From a bacterium (lineage in GTDB: Bacteria > ARS69): 64,000 bases of DNA. The stretch covers positions 1,174,394 to 1,238,393 of the forward strand of contig JAXLTI010000004.1 in the NCBI GenBank assembly GCA_046330135.1. The letters run 5' to 3'. Numbering within the stretch: position 1 is the first letter of the stretch; every line of letters starts with the position of its first letter. The notes beneath the pieces were generated by a model, which did no database searches, was not told the origin of the DNA, and saw only the letters and a program-made list of their open reading frames with translations. Position numbers and translations under genes: made by a program. This document shows positions 47,690 to 61,820 of this stretch, piece after piece.

Positions 47690-48190
47690 GTGGCGCTCGG
47701 CGTGTCCGGGATGGCGGAGCTCGCGACGGCGCGGTGGCCGGTCCCCGCGCTGGTCGCGTGGGCACGGGATGCCCGCTTCCTGGGAGAGGGCGGCGTGCGG
47801 CAGCGGCGCGCCACGGACTGCGGCCCGGCCGCGCTCACGGAGGCGCTCCGATGTCTCGGGATGGACGTGCCGTACCCCGACCCGGAAGGGGGCATCGCGC
47901 TCGGTCCGCGGGGCTGCGGGCTGGATGACCTGGAGCGGGCGGCCGCCCGTCGCGGAGCGGTCGCGCGGATGCGTCGCCTCGATCCGCCGGAGCTGGACGG
48001 CGTGCGCGCGCCGGCGGTGCTGCACCTCCGCGAGGGTCACTTCGTGGTCTTCGAGGGGAGAGGCCCTTCCGGCGGCGTCCTGATCGTCGACCCCTCGCTG
48101 GGGCGCCTGGAGCAGTCGTCGAGAAACCTCGCCCGGCATTGGTCCGGGTGGGTCCTGGAGTTGAGTCTCCCCGAGAGGAGGAACCCATGA
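47690..48190 (+). CDS. Stand-alone C39-family cysteine peptidase
   Basis: VRQ...TDCGPAAL, GHFVV, IVDPSLG, WSG.VL; no ABC or TM transporter domains; start uncertain (ORF open from 47477). Confidence 0.85.
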   Translation: MALGVSGMAELATARWPVPALVAWARDARFLGEGGVRQRRATDCGPAALTEALRCLGMDVPYPDPEGGIALGPRGCGLDDLERAAARRGAVARMRRLDPPELDGVRAPAVLHLREGHFVVFEGRGPSGGVLIVDPSLGRLEQSSRNLARHWSGWVLELSLPERRNP

Positions 48191-48411
48191 AGGCGCGTTG
48201 GAAGGCGGCGGTCGTCGTGACCGCTCTTGGCATCCTCAGCTCGAGCGGAGGGGCGTCGGGGATCTCCTCCCCGGGGCGAGAGGTCCCCAGCGGCGGACGG
48301 AATCTGCAGGGATGCCTCCTGGGAATCCAAGCCTGCTCACTGGGCCGGAACACCGGGGACGGGCTCCTGGAGATTGCCGGAGGAGTCCTCGCTTATTTCA
48401 GCTGCCGCTGA
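48187..48411 (+). CDS. 74-aa peptide, candidate C39 substrate or precursor
   Basis: GAGGAG RBS, ATGA overlap with the C39 stop; basic-hydrophobic N-terminus, three GG motifs, three Cys. Confidence 0.65.
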   Translation: MKARWKAAVVVTALGILSSSGGASGISSPGREVPSGGRNLQGCLLGIQACSLGRNTGDGLLEIAGGVLAYFSCR

Positions 48412-48493
48412 CCGCCGATGACGAGGGTGGTAGGATTCAGGTGGTTCCGGGGAGGTGGCCGGGAATCCCGTCCCCCGGGTGAAGGAGGGCGTC

Positions 48494-49300
48494 GTGAGCT
48501 CCTATCGCGAAGCTCCGCAGCCGTCCCGTGTGCTCGGCGAGACCAACTCGGGAGCGCGCAACCTGCCGCGCTTCCTCTGCTCGTTGCTCGAGCCGGGCCC
48601 GGTTCTCGTCCTCGGTGCGTCGGAGGCGGCGCTCGAAGCCGCCAACCACCATGACGTCACGGTTCTCGATTGGAACCACGCGCGTCTGGCCGCGCTCGGA
48701 GAGATGGCCCGCGATCGCGGCAACGACGTGAGGCTCCTCTGCCGGAACCCGGTTCACGAGGATCTCGGTCTGGCGCCGCGCAGCTACCGGAACGTCGTCT
48801 GTCTCGACGTTCTCGAGCGTCTTCCCAACGACGTCGCGGTCCTGGAGAAGCTGCAGCGCGTGCTGGAGGCCGGCGGGCGTCTCGTCGTCCGCGTGCCGGC
48901 GCGGCCGTGGTCCCGGAACGGCGTCGCAGCGGACTTCGGCGCGCGTCGCTACGACTCCGAGAGCCTGCGAAGCGCGCTCGAGGAAGCGGCGTTCCGCACG
49001 ATCCGGGTGCGGCACTGGAATCTCGTGGGCGTGCCGTCGGCCCTGCTCGAAGGGAGGCGTAGGCAGCCCGACGACGCGGAGGGGCGGCGTGTCTCGCGCC
49101 GCCGGCCGTGGTGGGATTCCACGGTGGACCTCTGGTACCGGGAGGTCGAGCGACGCGTGAGCTTCCCGGTGGGAGTGAGTCTCGTCGCGGTGGCCACGCC
49201 GTTCCTGGAGAGGGCCCGCGTGGAGCGGCCGGACTTCACCCGCGCGCTCAGGCGGCGCGGGCACCGCGAGGCGTACGAGCCGATGGCCGCGGCTCGCTGA
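48494..49300 (+). CDS. Methyltransferase-fold protein with eroded SAM motif
   Basis: AAGGAGG RBS; VVCLDVLE, VLEAGGRLVVRVPA, RRY, AAF, GVSLVAVA; motif I reduced to LVLGAS. Confidence 0.7.
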   Translation: MSSYREAPQPSRVLGETNSGARNLPRFLCSLLEPGPVLVLGASEAALEAANHHDVTVLDWNHARLAALGEMARDRGNDVRLLCRNPVHEDLGLAPRSYRNVVCLDVLERLPNDVAVLEKLQRVLEAGGRLVVRVPARPWSRNGVAADFGARRYDSESLRSALEEAAFRTIRVRHWNLVGVPSALLEGRRRQPDDAEGRRVSRRRPWWDSTVDLWYREVERRVSFPVGVSLVAVATPFLERARVERPDFTRALRRRGHREAYEPMAAAR

Positions 49301-49358
49301 GGCTCGCCGCCCCGCCGAGATCCCCCGGGAGATTCGGCTCGAGGACCGGCCCGTCGCG

Positions 49359-49742
49359 CTACGTGCGGCGGGAGTGGCTCTGCACGCGCCGCATGACGAG
49401 GGAGCGGTGCTTCGCGTCGGCGAACTCCTCGCCGCGCCCCTTGCCGCGCAGCTCGTCCACGAGCTTGTCCGCGGCCGCCACGTCCACGTCCGCCACCTCG
49501 GACGCCGCCTCGGTCAGCACGGTCACCTTGTCGGCGGCGACCTGGACGAAGCCGCCCTCCACGAAGAGCTCGCGCGTCTTGCCGCCGCTCGTGACCCGCA
49601 GCACGCCGACTCCCAGCTTCGCGAGGAGCCGCGCATGTCCGGGGAGGATGCCGATCTCGCCGTCGTGCGCGGGCACGACCACCCGCTCGGCGTCCTCGTC
49701 GAGGATCGCCCGCTCCGGCGTGACGACGGTGCATTTCAGCAT
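49359..49742 (-). CDS. atpC: ATP synthase epsilon
   Basis: VVTPE, GEIGILPGH, VEGGF.QV. Confidence 0.95.
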   Translation of the reverse strand: MLKCTVVTPERAILDEDAERVVVPAHDGEIGILPGHARLLAKLGVGVLRVTSGGKTRELFVEGGFVQVAADKVTVLTEAASEVADVDVAAADKLVDELRGKGRGEEFADAKHRSLVMRRVQSHSRRT

Positions 49743-49824
49743 GGTCAGCGAGCCCTCCCGCCCCGAACGGCCGTCGCCCGGCGCGCGGCCCGTTCGCCGG
49801 GCGGCACCGGATGCGAAGGCGACA

Positions 49825-52222
<2,398 letters not shown>

Positions 52223-52240
52223 GTCGAGGTCTCCTGGGTC

Positions 52241-54314
<2,074 letters not shown>

Positions 54315-54318
<4 letters not shown>

Positions 54319-54974
54319 GATCCCGTCCGCGCCCCCGTGCCCTTCGACTCCGTCTGCATCTGCTCGACGAGCTCCTTCACCAGCCGCTCCTGGTCGGCGC
54401 CGTCGAGACGTCGGCCGAGGATGCGCCCCGCGAGGTCCGTCGAAAGGTCCGCCGCCAGGTTCCAGATCTCCTGAATCGCGGCGTCCTTCTGGAGCTCGAT
54501 CTCCCGCCGCGCGCGGTCCTTGAACTCCGTCGCCTCCTTCTGAGCGGTGGCGCGGATCTCCTCCTGCACGCGGCGACCGTCCGAGCGAGCCTCGTCCAGG
54601 ATGGCGCGCGCCTCGTCCTTCGCGGACTTCAGCATCTCCTGGTACTTCCCGAGCAGCGCCTCCGCCTCGTTCTTGATGCGGCGCGCGTCCTCGATGGCGC
54701 CCTCGATGCTCCGCTGGCGGTCGGCGAGCGACTTGGCGAGCGGCTTCCACGCGGTCATCCGCAGGACCAGGAGGACCACGAGGAACGTGACGATGGTCCA
54801 GATGAGCAGCCCCGGCTCCACGCTGAAGAGGCTGGGCGCCGCGTGCGCAGCCTCCGCGCCGGCAGCCGTCTCGGCCGCGTGCGACTCGACGCCGCCCGGA
54901 GGCGCCTGCGCGAGCGCTGCGGCCGGAAGCGCCGCGAGGCAGAGCGCCCCGAGCGGGAAGTCGATTCGTTTCAC
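54315..54974 (-). CDS. atpF: ATP synthase b
   Basis: GLLIWTIVTF.V.L..L...AWKP, long charged coiled coil. Confidence 0.93.
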
Positions 54975-55008
54975 GACGTGCCCTCCCTCGCCGATCGCTC
55001 GACCGCGA

Positions 55009-56049
<1,041 letters not shown>

Positions 56050-56053
<4 letters not shown>

Positions 56054-56481
56054 CGCGGCGCCTCGAGGGGCTGCCGGGCGAGGATCCACGCCTCGAGAAC
56101 GATGAGTGCGAAGTAGAACCCGACGAGCCACAACACGAACGCGGCGGGCCGCAGCCCCGCGCCGGCCACGAGCGTGGCGACGACGCCGAAGAGCAGGAGC
56201 ATCCGCGTCACGAAGCCGCCGACCACGAGCTTCGTCGCGAATCGGTCGGGTCCCCGGAAGGCGAGCTGCGCCAGCCAGAAGCCGCCCACGACGGTGAAGA
56301 GGCTCGCCGCGGCGCCCACCGCCATCATCACGAGGGCTTCAGTCCCTCCGAGCAGAATCGTGGGGAGAGCTGCGGCCGCCGCGAGGATCAGCGTGGCCAG
56401 GGCCAGCAGCGCGGGGATCCGACGCCGAGGAATGGCCGTCGTCCGGAGGACGGGTCTCTCGGTACAGGAGATAGAAGCCAA
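56050..56481 (-). CDS. atpI: AtpI-like membrane protein (start uncertain)
   Basis: Four hydrophobic segments, G...RM motif, directly upstream of atpB with ATGA overlap. Confidence 0.65.
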
Positions 56482-56647
56482 CGCCAGCTCCCAAGAACGT
56501 CCCGACCAGGGTCAGGATCCCGGTCGACAAATGCAGGCGGCGATCCAGCCAGTGTCCAGCCCAGATCGCCCCCAGCACGATGACGGCAAACTGGATTCCG
56601 AGGTGCGAGTACCGGAGGATCTCGGAAGGTCCCGAACGACCCGCCAC
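56339..56647 (-). CDS. atpZ: AtpZ/AtpI family protein
   Basis: LG.QFA......W.G.WLD, G..LG...GFY.LY; GGAGG RBS before GTG. Confidence 0.8.
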   Translation of the reverse strand: MAGRSGPSEILRYSHLGIQFAVIVLGAIWAGHWLDRRLHLSTGILTLVGTFLGAGVGFYLLYRETRPPDDGHSSASDPRAAGPGHADPRGGRSSPHDSARRD

Positions 56648-56997
56648 AGGACCTCCGCCAGCCGTCCACGTGGACCCGGAAGGGTCCGAGCGGCAGCTTC
56701 CGACGCGCTCAGGGCCCCCGGAGGCCGAAGGTGTTCAGCCGGTTTCCCCACGCCCGCCCGCGAAGGAGGCACGGTACGGGCCTTTGCGGAAGCTCGCAAG
56801 TGTTTTCGTTCACAAGCAGGGTCAGTCAACCCTCTCGTGGGCAGCGTCCCTCCCGTCGGTGCCGGGCCTCGTAGCCGGAATTGGCTCTCCGCTAGATTCG
56901 TGAGCGAAAGTCCGGCACCCTGGATGCCGATCTAGGGGGGACCGCCGTCGATCCGGTCCGGGTGGTGCCCCGGGGCGCTTTTCCCCGGCTTCACCCC

Positions 56998-57028
56998 TTG
57001 CGTTCGGACCCCGGGGTTGTGCTAGAAT
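56998..57028 (+). promoter_or_regulatory. Distal extended -10 promoter candidate
   Basis: TTGCGT-19bp-TAGAAT with TGn directly before the -10. Confidence 0.45.
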
Positions 57029-57144
57029 GGCCACCGGCCCGGGAGGCCAGGGTGCCTTCGTAGGAAATGACCTCTGGGGCCGCGCGGAATCTCGGTGCGC
57101 GGCGGTGCTGGGGCGGAAAGGGCGAGCTCCTTCGAATGAAGGGC

Positions 57145-57173
57145 TTGAACTCATGCCCTGGGATTGCTAGAGT
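57145..57173 (+). promoter_or_regulatory. Sigma70-type promoter of the 57239 gene
   Basis: TTGAAC-17bp-TAGAGT with TGn extended -10. Confidence 0.65.
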
Positions 57174-57238
57174 AGCGAGTGCGAACAGGGTCCACTCAAC
57201 CCGGTGTCGCGCTCACTGAATCGATTCGGAGGAACACC

Positions 57239-57790
57239 ATGAAGCGTATCCTGACGATTGCTCTCGCTCTGTTGGTGATCGCGATGCCGGCGTTTGCCCA
57301 GCAGCAGTACGGCTGGACGGTCAGCGCCAGCCAGACCGACCCGCACATGAACACCGGCGGCCTCGCTGCTGGCGGGCTCGGGCACCTGTACCTCTGGTAC
57401 TTCTGCAACGCCCCGATGGGAATGTCGGCTGCGGACATGGGCCTGGCGGCCACGGGCGTCGTCTTCGCGGGCTTCTCGCCGTTGAACGGCTTCCTGAACG
57501 CGGGCTCCGGCCAGAACCTGCTGCTCGCGGTCGGTGGCTGCCCGAACGGCCCGGTCGCGGCGGGTGACATCACCGTCTTCTACTTCGGTGGCGCTGGCAG
57601 CATGTGCATCGTCAACTCGAACAACAACATTCGTGTGACGGTGGACTGCACCTCCCCCACGCCGAGCGCGTGGGACATCCACGCTGTCGGTTGGGATGCC
57701 CTCGCGGCGCCCGCCTGCAGCGAAGTGCTCTGCCCGCCCACGGCCGTCGAGCCTCAGAACTGGGGCGCGATCAAGAGCCTGTACCGCTAA
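57239..57790 (+). CDS. 183-aa secreted protein: six-Cys domain plus WGxIKxLYR tail
   Basis: GGAGGA RBS; signal MKRILTIALALLVIAMPAFA; domain 81% identical to the N-terminal domain of 4230..6140; ends AVEPQNWGAIKSLYR. Confidence 0.9.
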   Translation: MKRILTIALALLVIAMPAFAQQQYGWTVSASQTDPHMNTGGLAAGGLGHLYLWYFCNAPMGMSAADMGLAATGVVFAGFSPLNGFLNAGSGQNLLLAVGGCPNGPVAAGDITVFYFGGAGSMCIVNSNNNIRVTVDCTSPTPSAWDIHAVGWDALAAPACSEVLCPPTAVEPQNWGAIKSLYR

Positions 57791-57813
57791 CGCTGGTACT
57801 GGGTTCGGCCCAG

Positions 57814-57854
57814 AAAAAGTGCGGGGCCTCCTCTCGGAGGCCCCGCTTCTTTTT
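57814..57854. terminator. Bidirectional intrinsic terminator
   Basis: AAAAA..GCGGGGCCTCC-TCTC-GGAGGCCCCGC-TTCTTTTT between convergent genes. Confidence 0.9.
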
Positions 57855-57920
57855 GCCCAGCGCGAGCGCGATCTCTCGCGAGACGCCGCAACGACCGAAC
57901 GGCTGAGGGCGTGCCGCGGA

Positions 57921-58553
57921 TCAGCCGAAGCTTCCGGGCATCACGACCTGCAGTGCGTGCACGAGAAGACGCTCGGCCCTCCGCAGCTGACGCACGTGGT
58001 AGGGCTCGTCGGAGGAATTCCACAGGAACGCGAACGCGGCGGGCACCGTGTCCATGCTACGCGCCCGCTGATTCCGGAGGGACAGCACTTCCACCAGCTC
58101 CTCGGCGGACCACACGTCAGGTCGCAGCCGATCCACGTCCATCCAGATCTCACGGAATCCGAAGAGCAGCTCTTGGATGTCGTGCATCGCGGCGCCGTGC
58201 TTCAGGAGGTACCGAACGACTCGGTCCATCTCCGGCAGGTCGGCGAACTCCTCGACTTGCGGCAGCTTCGGTGAGCGCCCGTGCGAGCGCATCGCCTTCG
58301 GCAGGAACTCCACGCTCGCCTCGACGCCCTGCTGGCCGAGCCAGCGGAAAGCGCCGCGAATCGGGCCCCCGTCATATCCGATCATCCACGAGGCGGCGTA
58401 TTCGGGCGGACCCGAGCCGTGGGGTGGGGGACCCCAGGGAGGAGTGACCTTCTCGAAGCGCGAGAGACGGTAAAGGTCCTTCGGAAGCGGCTGCTCGAGG
58501 AACGCCGCCACGAGCTCCGGAGCGGTCCGGTAGATCGAACGAGTGCCGGGCAC
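57921..58553 (-). CDS. Hypothetical protein (210 aa)
   Basis: GGAAGGAGG RBS before GTG 58553; protein-like composition; no family recognised. Confidence 0.6.
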   Translation of the reverse strand: MPGTRSIYRTAPELVAAFLEQPLPKDLYRLSRFEKVTPPWGPPPHGSGPPEYAASWMIGYDGGPIRGAFRWLGQQGVEASVEFLPKAMRSHGRSPKLPQVEEFADLPEMDRVVRYLLKHGAAMHDIQELLFGFREIWMDVDRLRPDVWSAEELVEVLSLRNQRARSMDTVPAAFAFLWNSSDEPYHVRQLRRAERLLVHALQVVMPGSFG

Positions 58554-58992
58554 GTCCGCACCCTCCTTCCGACGCGGGTGGGCGCCCGGGCGTGACCGCC
58601 GCTCCGGGAACCCACCGGCAACGGGTGGAGGGGTGACCCGACCCGCGCCGGGTCCACGGCCAACGCCCCACTCGACGCCTGCCGCCCCGACCAAGCAACT
58701 GACACACTGGCAAGGAGTTGCGGGACGGTCCACGACGGTGGGGGCCGACCGCGAGAGTCGCCCTTCCCATCGCTCCGAACATCCCACGGAATTGCGCGCG
58801 AAGCAAGGGTCGTGCGAAGAGGCATAGGGGCGCAGCAGCGGTCCGCTGGACTGAGACGAGCCTCCGGCCAGGGTCAGTCGGGGTCGGGACGAGTCCTCCG
58901 GCGGCGCCGACGGGTCGTCGGCTGGACCCGGCCGGTGCGATCCCCTAGATTCCGGACAACGGAGATCTTGGAGGTCCCTGAAGGGAGGATCC

Positions 58993-60462
58993 ATGGCCAC
59001 GATCGAGCAGGGGATTCCCGCGGAAGCTTCCGCCATCGGGCGCGACGTGGGCGCGGGCTACGGCGATCTTGCGGGAATGACCCCCGTCGCGCCGCTCCGC
59101 TCCGAGTGGGTCGCGCGACGCCGCAATGACTCGGTGCGGACGCAGATTCGCTACGCGCGAGAGGGCCTCGTGACCGAGGAGATGTGGGTCGTGGCGCAGC
59201 GCGAGGCGCTCTCCCCGACCTTCGTTCGTGACGAGGTGGCGCGCGGGCGCATGATCATCCCCGCGAACGTCCACCACGAGAACCTCGTGCCGATGGCGAT
59301 CGGCATCCACGCGCGCTGCAAGATCAACGCGAACATCGGAAACAGCGCCGTCACCTCGGACGTCGAGGGCGAGCTCGAGAAGCTCCGGCGCTGCATCAAG
59401 TACAAGGCCGACACCGTGATGGACCTCTCCACGGGCGGCGGGATCGACGAGATCCGCGAGGCGGTCATCCGCCACAGCCCGATCCCCGTCGGGACCGTGC
59501 CGGTCTATGAAGCCGTGCAGGCCGTGCGCAAGGCGCAGGATCTGACCGCGGACGGGCTCGTGGCCACGATTCGCCACCAGGCGGAGCAGGGCGTGGACTA
59601 CATGACGGTCCACGCGGGCATCCTCCGCAAGCACCTCCCGCTCGTCGATCGGCGCATCACCGGCATCGTGAGCCGCGGCGGCTCGATCATGGCGATGTGG
59701 ATGCTCGCCCACCGGCGGGAGAACCCGCTCTACGAGCGCTACGACGAGATCCTCGAGATCTGCCGCGCGCACGACGTGTCGCTCTCGCTCGGCGACAGCT
59801 TGCGACCCGGCTGCATCCACGACGCGTCGGACGATGCGCAATTCGCGGAGCTGGACGTCCTGGGCGAGCTGACGGCTCGCGCGTGGGAGAAGGACGTGCA
59901 GGTGATGGTGGAGGGTCCGGGACACGTGCCCCTGGACCAGATTCCGATGAACATCCAGCGCCAGATCGAGGTGTGTCACGAGGCGCCGTTCTACGTGCTG
60001 GGTCCGCTCGTGACCGACGTGGCGCCCGGCTACGACCACATCACGTCGGCGATCGGCGCTGCGGTGGCGGGCCAGCACGGCGCGGCGATGCTCTGCTACG
60101 TCACGCCGAAGGAACATCTCGGGCTGCCGAAGGCGGCGGACGTGCACCAGGGCATCATCGCCTATCGGATCGCGGCGCACGCGGCGGACGTGGCGCGCGG
60201 GCGGCCGGGGGCGCGGGACTGGGACGATGCCATCTCCCGCGCGCGCTACACCTTCGACTGGCACGAGCAATTCGCGCAGTCCATGGACCCCGAGGTCGCC
60301 CAGTCCATGCACGACGAGGACCTGCCCCACGAAGCGTTCAAGACGGCGGAGTTCTGCTCGATGTGCGGGCCGAAGTTCTGCTCCATGAAGATCTCTCAGG
60401 CCGTCGACGAGTACAACGCGAAGCTCCGCCGCGGAGAGGTCGTCGGGACGGCGGCGCTGTAG
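58993..60462 (+). CDS. thiC: Phosphomethylpyrimidine synthase
   Basis: [66 protein letters not shown]. Confidence 0.98.
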   Translation: MATIEQGIPAEASAIGRDVGAGYGDLAGMTPVAPLRSEWVARRRNDSVRTQIRYAREGLVTEEMWVVAQREALSPTFVRDEVARGRMIIPANVHHENLVPMAIGIHARCKINANIGNSAVTSDVEGELEKLRRCIKYKADTVMDLSTGGGIDEIREAVIRHSPIPVGTVPVYEAVQAVRKAQDLTADGLVATIRHQAEQGVDYMTVHAGILRKHLPLVDRRITGIVSRGGSIMAMWMLAHRRENPLYERYDEILEICRAHDVSLSLGDSLRPGCIHDASDDAQFAELDVLGELTARAWEKDVQVMVEGPGHVPLDQIPMNIQRQIEVCHEAPFYVLGPLVTDVAPGYDHITSAIGAAVAGQHGAAMLCYVTPKEHLGLPKAADVHQGIIAYRIAAHAADVARGRPGARDWDDAISRARYTFDWHEQFAQSMDPEVAQSMHDEDLPHEAFKTAEFCSMCGPKFCSMKISQAVDEYNAKLRRGEVVGTAAL

Positions 60463-60606
60463 TCGGGCCGGGACGCCGCCCGAGACCGCGGTCGCGCGCT
60501 GCAGGGTGTGGAGGGGGTGCTCGACGAGCGCCCCGCTCCGAAGTAAATTTGCGACCGCTCAGTCCACTGTGATAGTCTGGGCGTCCCCCCTGAAAGAAGG
60601 CACGTC

Positions 60607-61212
60607 ATGGCCCGCGTGTCCGCGTCCCGGGCCGTCGCCGCGCTGGCGGCTCTCGGCCTGGCCGGTTGCATCACCTCTCCCGATCAGGCGCCCAAGCCGC
60701 ACGATCTGCCCGGCTACACCGACCCCTCGGCGTTCGTGCAGGCCTACGCCGCTTCGCTGCAGGAAAGAAACCTGGCCAACTACCGGAAGCTCCTCGCGGA
60801 TGAGTTCGAGTACTTCCCGAGGGCCGCGGATCTCCCCATTCCCTGGCTCGACGGCGACTCCTGGGGCTACGCCGACGAGCTCGGCATGATCGGACACATG
60901 ATGGACTCCGCGTTCGTCCCGAAGGACCCGGACTGCGGCGCCGTTCGCGCGATGTACGCCGAGCTCACGGTGTCCTCTCGGCGCGACGTCGGCGACGGAA
61001 CGATCGAGGTCGGGACCGTCGGTTTGATCCGCGTCGTCTGGGGCGCGGACGGCGGGGGGGTCGCGAACGCGCGCTTCGTCTTCGATCTCGCGAGGGGCGA
61101 GGACGGGTATCTCCGCCTGCGCGCCATGCACGAGCTCCCGCTGTTCCGGGAGGGATCCCTCGAGGTCACTCCCCGGACCTGGGCCGGTCTCAAGGCGGGC
61201 TACCGCGAGTAG
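60607..61212 (+). CDS. Lipoprotein, NTF2/SnoaL-like array member 1
   Basis: Lipobox LAGC; Y..LL...F.YFP..DL..WL.GDSW...DELGMI.HM; tail TWAGLKAGYRE. Confidence 0.85.
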   Translation: MARVSASRAVAALAALGLAGCITSPDQAPKPHDLPGYTDPSAFVQAYAASLQERNLANYRKLLADEFEYFPRAADLPIPWLDGDSWGYADELGMIGHMMDSAFVPKDPDCGAVRAMYAELTVSSRRDVGDGTIEVGTVGLIRVVWGADGGGVANARFVFDLARGEDGYLRLRAMHELPLFREGSLEVTPRTWAGLKAGYRE

Positions 61213-61232
61213 TTGGAAGGGGAAGCGTCCCG

Positions 61233-61820
61233 ATGTCGCGCCCGTGCGTTCGAATCGCGAGCATCGCCGGCCTGCTGGGGCTCTTCGCGGCCGGATGCCT
61301 CACGGATTCCGACAAGCCGTCGGGCGCGGTGGCGGGCACCACGGATCCGGCGACGCTCGTGGCGAGGCACGCCGCGGCTCTCTCGCACCGCGACTACGAT
61401 GCCTATGCCGCGCTTCTCAGCGACGACTTCATGTTCTACCCGGGGTCCCTCGCCATCCTGGACACGAGCGACCTCCAGGACTTCCCCTGGCTGACCGGGG
61501 AGGGCGCGTTCGCCTGGGACCGCATCGGCGAGCTCGGCATGATCGGGCAGATGTTCGCGACGCCGAACACGTCGATCGGAGCCGCGTTCGAGGTGCTGAG
61601 CATTCGAGGCACGTTGGACGCGGGCTTCGACGTCGACACACACGCGACCTTCAGCGTGGCCTCGCGCACTTTCAGTGCCGAGGCGGACACGCGCCTCGTC
61701 TTGCGCCTCTCGAAGGCGCGCGACGGCTACCTGCGCATCCACTCGATCCGCGAGATCCCGCCGGAGCTCTTCTACGGGGGAGTGACCTGGGCTGCGATCA
61801 AGATGAGGTATGAGCCATGA
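61233..61820 (+). CDS. Lipoprotein, array member 2
   Basis: Lipobox AAGC; same core motif; tail TWAAIKMRYEP. Confidence 0.85.
   Translation: MSRPCVRIASIAGLLGLFAAGCLTDSDKPSGAVAGTTDPATLVARHAAALSHRDYDAYAALLSDDFMFYPGSLAILDTSDLQDFPWLTGEGAFAWDRIGELGMIGQMFATPNTSIGAAFEVLSIRGTLDAGFDVDTHATFSVASRTFSAEADTRLVLRLSKARDGYLRIHSIREIPPELFYGGVTWAAIKMRYEP

Noticed and set aside
58695-58721. Sigma54 promoter upstream of thiC (TGGCAAGGAGTTGC)
   Set aside because: GG-to-GC spacing is 9, not 10; it is only part of a short GCAACT-N15-AGTTGC inverted repeat of unknown meaning
58993-60462. BzaA/B/F instead of ThiC
   Set aside because: Motifs, including [11 protein letters not shown], fit ThiC and there is no cobamide gene context
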